Source of the DNA: Patescibacteria group bacterium
GTDB lineage: Bacteria > Patescibacteriota > Patescibacteriia > CAIXNZ01
Direction of reading: 5' to 3'
Assembly: GCA_041651155.1 (NCBI GenBank)
Contig: JBAZJU010000002.1
Location: forward strand, 89,852-153,851
Length of the DNA stretch: 64,000 bases
In this document: positions 58,717 through 64,000 of the stretch, in pieces
Layout: each line of letters opens with the position of its first letter
Position numbering within the stretch: the stretch's first letter is position 1
Made by a program: the position numbers and the translations under genes
Notes under the pieces: model-generated
Databases searched by the model: none
The model's input: only the letters and a program-made list of their open reading frames with translations
Told to the model about the DNA's origin: nothing

Positions 58717-58959
58717 ATGTCAGTCCCAGCTAAACGCAGACCAAGAAGTGAAAAAAGGCGCAGGGCAGCCCATTTTGCTTTAAAAAAAGTTCAATATAAT
58801 TTGTGCCCAAAATGCAAAAAGCCCAAAATGCCCCATGCTGTTTGTACTTCATGCGGTACTTATAAAAATCGCGAAATCTTAAAATCAAAACTGGATAAGA
58901 AGGAATTGAAAAAAATGAACAAACAGAAAGCCAAAAGTGCCGAGAAACAGACTCACTAA
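58717..58959 (+). CDS. rpmF: 50S ribosomal protein L32 with Lys-rich C-terminal extension
   Basis: MSVPAKRRPRSEKRRRAAHFAL...CPKCKKPKMPHAVCTSCGTY matches bL32 (zinc ribbon CxxC...CxxC). Confidence 0.8.
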   Translation: MSVPAKRRPRSEKRRRAAHFALKKVQYNLCPKCKKPKMPHAVCTSCGTYKNREILKSKLDKKELKKMNKQKAKSAEKQTH

Positions 58960-59060
58960 GGAATGCCTGAACCACAGATTTAATTCACTGATTGCACAGA
59001 TGTTTATTTTCGTCAGTGTTAGCTGTGAGTAAAATCAGTGGTTAAGTTAACAATATCATT

Positions 59061-59495
59061 ATGTCCAACAGACATTTATCCCGCACCATTGCCATGCAGA
59101 CTCTTTACCAATGGGATTTTAATGACCAAAAAGAAAACAATTTGGAGCAGCTTTTGGATTATAATATCAAGGAGTTTGCGCCGGGTTTCAATGACGATGG
59201 TTTTGCCAAACATTTGGTTGAAGGCGTAATTAAAAATATTGCGGACATTGATGAATCTATTAGAAAGTACGCAACTGAATGGCCGCTTGAGCAAATTACG
59301 GTTATTGATCGCAATATTTTGCGCCTGGGCATTTATGAATTAAAATTTGATCCGGACATTCCTTCCAAGGTGGCAATTAACGAAGCGATTGAAGTCGCCA
59401 AAACTTATGGCGGAGATTCATCGGGTAAATTTGTCAATGGTGTTTTAGGCGCGATTTATAAAGAAATGGAAGCCAAGGGACAGATTAAAGAATAA
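59061..59495 (+). CDS. nusB: Transcription antitermination factor NusB
   Basis: [20 protein letters not shown]... and overall NusB helical pattern; 144 aa. Confidence 0.85.
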   Translation: MSNRHLSRTIAMQTLYQWDFNDQKENNLEQLLDYNIKEFAPGFNDDGFAKHLVEGVIKNIADIDESIRKYATEWPLEQITVIDRNILRLGIYELKFDPDIPSKVAINEAIEVAKTYGGDSSGKFVNGVLGAIYKEMEAKGQIKE

Positions 59496-59563
59496 AATTT
59501 AAGAAGTATTTTTAGGTTGGTCAAAATAAATTCAAGGGCATTTTTGTGCAAAAGGAGGTAAAA

Positions 59564-59713
59564 ATGACCAAGGTGAATGAAGGAGCGAAAAAGAAAATGT
59601 CGGCCAGAAAATTGGCCAGAATGGTGATTGAGGAGGCAATCAATATTTTGGTCGGTCCGTATCTCGGCCAGTTTAGGGCCATGCAAGTAAAAGATTTTCT
59701 TTTCCGCGAATAA
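59564..59713 (+). CDS. Possible unannotated 49-aa basic protein (below the ORF-track cutoff)
   Basis: AAAGGAGGTAAAA then ATG: MTKVNEGAKKKMSARKLARMVIEEAINILVGPYLGQFRAMQVKDFLFRE; the only support is the very strong RBS. Confidence 0.3.
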   Translation: MTKVNEGAKKKMSARKLARMVIEEAINILVGPYLGQFRAMQVKDFLFRE

Positions 59714-59840
59714 ATTTTGAGGGAGAATCCTCCCTCATCAACCCAAAAGTATTTTTTATGAATAATTTATGGAATGACAGACTTTAGTTTGCTACCTAAA
59801 GAGGTAGCACATTTAAGTTTGTCGCTCCGTTGCTAAATCT

Positions 59841-60533
59841 ATGAAAGATTTTTCCAAACTTGAAAAAAAATTAGGCGTAAAATTTAAAAACAAAGATTTA
59901 ATCAGGCAGGCCGTAGTTCATCGTTCATATATCAATGAGCACCCGGAATTTGAGCTGGACCACAATGAACGCCTGGAATTTTTAGGCGATGCGGTCTTGG
60001 AACTCATTGTTACGGAATTTCTTTACCTTAATTATCCAAATCCAGAAGGTGAATTAACAAATTGGCGCGCTTCGTTGGTCAATGCCGTAATCCTTTCTGA
60101 AATTGCCCGCGATTTAGAGATTGAAGAATTTTTATATTTAAGCAAGGGCGAAGCTCAGGATATAAATTCCAAGGCGCGGCAATTTATTTTGGCCAATGCC
60201 ATGGAAGCAGTAATCGGCGCGATTTATTTGGATAAAGATTATAAAGTCGCCAAGAAATTTATTGAAGAAAAAGTTATTGTAAAATTGCCATATATTTTAG
60301 AACATAAATTATATCAGGATCCCAAAAGCAGATTTCAGGAAATAAGCCAGGAAAAAGTCGGGGTCACCCCGAGTTATAAGGTTTTAGAAGAATCAGGGCC
60401 AGACCACGCCAAGCATTTTGTGGTCGGCGTGTTTTTAAAAAAGGATTTAGTAGCCAAAGGCGAGGGCACGAGTAAACAAGAAGCCCAGGTTAGTGCCGCA
60501 CACGAGGCTTTACATGTGAAAAATTGGGAATAG
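59841..60533 (+). CDS. rnc: Ribonuclease III
   Basis: ERLEFLGDAVLELIV RNase III signature plus C-terminal dsRBD (KHFVVGV...GEGTSKQEAQVSAAHEAL). Confidence 0.9.
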   Translation: MKDFSKLEKKLGVKFKNKDLIRQAVVHRSYINEHPEFELDHNERLEFLGDAVLELIVTEFLYLNYPNPEGELTNWRASLVNAVILSEIARDLEIEEFLYLSKGEAQDINSKARQFILANAMEAVIGAIYLDKDYKVAKKFIEEKVIVKLPYILEHKLYQDPKSRFQEISQEKVGVTPSYKVLEESGPDHAKHFVVGVFLKKDLVAKGEGTSKQEAQVSAAHEALHVKNWE

Positions 60534-60747
60534 TTTGAAATAAAAAAAAGACAAACCTTTAACCTTACAGATGACTTTAGCCCGCATTGGCGAGGCCATG
60601 TCATCGTACGACCACTAAAGTGGTCTGTAAAATTATGACGGTTTGTCTTTTTTGTTTTGTATTAGCTGAATTTGGGTATTTTTATATTGACAAAAATTAC
60701 AATAATTGTTAGTCTTGTTATAACAAAATTTGAAAGGAGGAATAGCC

Positions 60748-61029
60748 ATGATTGTTAAGGTAGTTATTGAATCCTGCCGGCCGAACGTGGGAGAGGAAAT
60801 TTTTATACACTGTGATGAGAAGCGTACGGATTTGGAAAAGATTCAACAAGGACTAGAAGATTATTTAAAAAATAAATATCCCGGTAAATTGATCAAGGTC
60901 GCAACAAAAGGTTCGTCTTTTAGCGCTATCAGAGATAGCGATATTAGAAAAAAATTATCGGGATTCCCGGGCGTTACCCTTATACCCGAAATACACGCCC
61001 ACATTAGAGACCCCGAAGCAATAAAATAG
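60748..61029 (+). CDS. Hypothetical small protein (93 aa from ATG 60748)
   Basis: AAAGGAGGAATAGCC then ATG (MIVKVVIES). Confidence 0.35.
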   Translation: MIVKVVIESCRPNVGEEIFIHCDEKRTDLEKIQQGLEDYLKNKYPGKLIKVATKGSSFSAIRDSDIRKKLSGFPGVTLIPEIHAHIRDPEAIK

Positions 61030-61060
61030 ATTATAAATAAGGATTGATGTAATTCAATCC

Positions 61061-61630
61061 TTATTGTTTTTTGGGCGGATTTTTAAAAGTTGCTTCCGGA
61101 GTTTGGTTATTTATCACCTCGCGGGAAATGCCTAATTCCTGCTTGTAAACATAATCAATGGAATCAAAAATTGCCTCTGACCAATCAAATCCCAATTTTC
61201 CAGCCACTGCTTTAACTCCTTGTTCGTTCTTGCCTTCAATTTCTATTATTGGTTTTAAGCCCGGCCAGGTATCAAGAGTAATTTCTACGTCATTAAAATG
61301 CCAGAGTTCTCTCTTGGTTTCTTGATAAGATTTACGCTTGGCGCCGATGGATTCCAAAAAATTACAGCCATTTTCAAAATTATTTATTGTTAACTCAATT
61401 TCTTTTTGGTCAGTAATCTTTTTGCCGTGAACAATTTTTAAGCTCATAGTAATTTTATCCCCCTCATCTCTGACTCTCAACCAGCCATTTTTAATTTTCT
61501 TTGGCGGAACAAAAACCACCCGTTTCATTAAAAATTCTGGTTTAATAAGCTTGGCGCCAATGGATTTGAGTTTTTGGCGCATTTGGTCTTTGTTGATTTT
61601 GGTAAAGGTGGCTTCGTATTCAATATTCAT
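61061..61630 (-). CDS. CYTH-domain protein (class IV adenylyl cyclase / triphosphatase-like)
   Basis: Starts MNIEYEATF (EIE.KF-type CYTH N-terminal motif), about 189 aa. ORF track extension to 61681 runs into a palindromic repeat. Confidence 0.5.
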   Translation of the reverse strand: MNIEYEATFTKINKDQMRQKLKSIGAKLIKPEFLMKRVVFVPPKKIKNGWLRVRDEGDKITMSLKIVHGKKITDQKEIELTINNFENGCNFLESIGAKRKSYQETKRELWHFNDVEITLDTWPGLKPIIEIEGKNEQGVKAVAGKLGFDWSEAIFDSIDYVYKQELGISREVINNQTPEATFKNPPKKQ

Positions 61631-61731
61631 AGGTTGGGAATATGAAATTAGAAATAAGTAATATGGATTGGCCTTCGCCAACCGAAGTTGGCTTCGGCCA
61701 ACGAAGGTTGGAAGATTTTAATTTTTTCGTG

Positions 61732-62211
61732 CTATTTCGTGATTATTTTTTCGTGGTTAAGATACCCATTATCCTCATCAAAGAAAAAACGATATTTGAT
61801 TTCTTGTCCAGCTAAAGCTTCTGGCAGCCAGTAAATATCATCAGGCCACATTTGGGTGTACGGAATTTTATCAATCTCCCACCACAGTGGCAGAGTTTCA
61901 TCTGATTCTTTTAATTCACCTTCAAATTCATAGGCTAAGAAAATATCACAATGCTGATTATTCTCATTTTTAAAATTTGGCCAAATAAATTCAATGAAAC
62001 CTAAATGTTTTGGCTTGATTGGAGTGTACCCAGTTTCTTCCTCAACTTCGCGAATAACCGCCTGTTCAATATTTTCGCCATCTTTAACTTTGCCGCCTGG
62101 GCCATTCCATTTTCCCTGGCCAAGGCCTTTTTTCTTCATAATCAAAAGTACCTGATTTTTGTTATTGAGCAGGTAGCAGAGGTTGGTTGTGTAATTAAAG
62201 GCGTAGTCCAT
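61732..62211 (-). CDS. NUDIX hydrolase
   Basis: Nudix box GPGGKVKDGENIEQAVIREVEEETGY. Confidence 0.7.
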   Translation of the reverse strand: MDYAFNYTTNLCYLLNNKNQVLLIMKKKGLGQGKWNGPGGKVKDGENIEQAVIREVEEETGYTPIKPKHLGFIEFIWPNFKNENNQHCDIFLAYEFEGELKESDETLPLWWEIDKIPYTQMWPDDIYWLPEALAGQEIKYRFFFDEDNGYLNHEKIITK

Positions 62212-62266
62212 TTGACAAGTTAATTAAGTTGATTTAAGATAAGAAAAAATCTACAGGAGGTAAAAA

Positions 62267-62509
62267 ATGCCAAGTCCAGCTGAAATGACAAAAGAACAGT
62301 TAAGCAGACTGACTGATCAGCAACTTATTGATGAGATTGTCCATTATAGGTTAGTCAGGGCTAATTATCATCCCGACGACAAGGCCTATGGATGGGCATC
62401 CAAAGAACTTGAAGTGGTTCAGAGCGAGATAAATCGCAGGGAGCGGGAAAAAAGGCAAAATGAAGACTGGGACAGACGATGGAAGAAGCATTCCTGTGCG
62501 TCACAATAA
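62267..62509 (+). CDS. Hypothetical small protein (80 aa)
   Basis: CAGGAGGTAAAAA then ATG. Confidence 0.35.
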   Translation: MPSPAEMTKEQLSRLTDQQLIDEIVHYRLVRANYHPDDKAYGWASKELEVVQSEINRREREKRQNEDWDRRWKKHSCASQ

Positions 62510-62919
62510 AAAATTCAAAGTTAATTTTTAAAGGGTCCACCTGGGCTCTTTTTTCTATACTTAATTTTTAGCACAAAAATCAATTATAAACAACGAAGAA
62601 GCGATTTATAAATCACTTCTTCGGATAAATGGGCATTATTTTCTCTTTGCTTTTTTTTCTCGCCACTTTAATTTGGGAAGCTTAACGCCGGTTGTGATTT
62701 TTTTACCTTTTGCCATAAATATAGAATTAAGTATTAAATAGTAAGAATTAAGAATAATTATTTATATTGGAAATGCTGCCGTTTAAAATAAATGGTTTCA
62801 TGACTTTTATTTCTAAAGCATAACGTAATTCCTTTTCATCAGGCAATTCATATAATTTTTGAACTTCCAGCATTTCTTTAGCGAAATGCATGGATCCGCA
62901 GATGGTTATTCTCATAAAT

Positions 62920-63525
62920 TTATTTTTTAACAAAACGAGGACTTAATAAAACGATAATTGCTCCAATTGCTGCGCCAATAGTATCTTGAATTAAATTTAC
63001 TACGGTAGTATCTGTTGTATTATCCAAACCCAAAACTTTTAAGTGCGTACCCCAGGTATTGTCGCTATAATTTTCAAATATTTCCCAGAGAATGCTACAT
63101 ATAATCACTAAACAAAAGGCAATGATTGTCGACCTTTGAATTGGGATTTGCCAGCGCAAAGAAATTACAACGGGTAATAAAATAATGCTTATCAAAGGAA
63201 TAATGACATGCAGAATATAAGAATAAGGGATTCCATACTGATATAATTCATAAAGTCCAAGAGAGCCAAGGGCGTTGGCAGCAATAGCAATGGTAAGCAA
63301 TAATTGTAATAGTTCGGCGGCACGATTTTTTTTGGCCGCATCAGGTGAATTTGCCGAGACCCTGATGAATTTAGGCAATAAGTAGATTGTTAATGCGCCT
63401 ATAATCATTGACCAACCTAGATAACGAACATCAATAAAAGACGGAATCCAGGAGATCGGCGCAATAACCAAGAAAATGCCCGCAGTCAATAATATTAAAA
63501 TAGATATTAATGGCAAACGTTTCAT
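62920..63525 (-). CDS. Hypothetical polytopic membrane protein (about 201 aa from ATG 63525)
   Basis: 5-6 TM helices. ORF track extension (MGPGFESL...) is translation of the adjacent tRNA-like element. Confidence 0.4.
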   Translation of the reverse strand: MKRLPLISILILLTAGIFLVIAPISWIPSFIDVRYLGWSMIIGALTIYLLPKFIRVSANSPDAAKKNRAAELLQLLLTIAIAANALGSLGLYELYQYGIPYSYILHVIIPLISIILLPVVISLRWQIPIQRSTIIAFCLVIICSILWEIFENYSDNTWGTHLKVLGLDNTTDTTVVNLIQDTIGAAIGAIIVLLSPRFVKK

Positions 63526-63547
63526 AGGTGACCCGGCCCCAAAGGGG

Positions 63548-63665
63548 GGCCTTCGGCCCAGGGATTCGAACCCTGGACCCACTGCTTAAGAGGCAGTTGC
63601 TCTACCAGCCCCAAAGGGGAGCCTTTGGCTCTGAGCTATTTACCTCAAAATTAATTTTTAATATT
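63548..63665 (-). tRNA. tRNA-Lys(CTT)-like element carrying two copies of a 24-nt palindromic insert (probable pseudo-tRNA)
   Basis: GCTCAGAG..GGTAGAGC D-arm, ACTGC CTCTTAA GCAGT anticodon arm, GGGTCCAGGGTTCGAATCCCTGG T-arm and CCGGGTCAC 3' acceptor. AGCCAAAGGCTCCCCTTTGGGGCT sits in the D-loop and GGCCGAAGGCCCCCCTTTGGGGCC between T-stem and acceptor; no complementary 5' acceptor strand found. Confidence 0.35.
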
Positions 63666-63956
63666 TTTAATAATTATCGGAAGTTTATTTTTTTCAGTAT
63701 TTTTTATTAAATTTATGATAGCCCTTTTCTCGTTAAATCCTTTCGGGTGTTTTAAATAGAATTCTCTTTTAAAGGCTAAATTTTTATCATTATAAATTTC
63801 ATAATAAACTAGTTCAAAAGGGATCCTGGGTTTAGTTGATTTAACCCAACCTTTATTGTGATAATTCTTTAATCTTTCCGCAGGTTTCTCCGAAGTACAA
63901 CCAATGTAAAAGCCGTAATCTTTTAAGCTATGTAAAAAGTAGACAAAATATTCCAT
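63651..63956 (-). CDS. GIY-YIG nuclease-family protein (Slx1/UPF0213-like)
   Basis: YFVYFLHSLKDYGFYIGCTSEKPAERLKNYHNKGWVKSTKPRIPFELVYYEIY matches GIY..YIG..R..E pattern. ATG at 63956 directly abuts the tRNA 3' end; ORF track extension (MGPGFESL) is tRNA sequence. Confidence 0.55.
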   Translation of the reverse strand: MEYFVYFLHSLKDYGFYIGCTSEKPAERLKNYHNKGWVKSTKPRIPFELVYYEIYNDKNLAFKREFYLKHPKGFNEKRAIINLIKNTEKNKLPIIIKNIKN

Positions 63957-63957
63957 G

Positions 63958-64000
63958 TGACCCGGCAGGGATTCGAACCCTGGACCCACTGCTTAAGAGG
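63958..64000 (-). tRNA. tRNA-Lys (anticodon CTT), 3' two-thirds only (truncated by window edge)
   Basis: Reverse strand ...CCTCTTAAGCAGTGGGTCCAGGGTTCGAATCCCTGCCGGGTCAC: anticodon loop CTCTTAA, canonical T-arm, acceptor 3' strand plus discriminator A. Confidence 0.6.

Overview
AT-rich window (roughly 35% GC by eye) with small, tightly packed genes. The gene content (many small secreted or membrane proteins, several four-helix-bundle genes) is consistent with a reduced-genome Patescibacteria/CPR-type bacterium; this is inference only. Recognisable housekeeping genes are PBP1A, ruvC, yebC, ruvB, galU, HU, a KH-domain protein, an RNase J-like beta-CASP nuclease, rpsA, gyrA, rpmF, nusB, rnc, a NUDIX hydrolase, tRNA-Gly(GCC), tRNA-Leu(TAA) and a partial tRNA-Lys(CTT) at the window edge. 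Accessory content includes a glycosylation module (GT2 plus three GT-C-like polytopic membrane proteins, GT4, Wzx-like flippase), cell-wall enzymes (Amidase_2/PGRP-domain protein, SpoIID/LytB-domain protein) and a surface protein with three lamin-tail domains. The most striking feature is a tandem minus-strand array of nine paralogous genes (15541..22281). Each carries a TrbC/VirB2-like (type IV secretion pilin-like) two-helix membrane hairpin module, and several carry large Cys-rich ectodomains. The second unusual locus is a 2.8 kb protein-poor block between rnj and rpsA (48030..50900). It consists of imperfect tandem units with long terminator-like hairpins and RBS-preceded micro-ORFs on the minus strand. 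Further observations are a tRNA-Lys-like element carrying two copies of a 24-nt palindromic insert, a four-helix-bundle (Avd-like) gene frameshifted in an A6/T6 homopolymer, a repeated terminator-promoter-leader cassette before three small genes, and several families of short palindromic intergenic repeats. No CRISPR array, reverse transcriptase, integrase, transposase or rRNA was recognised.
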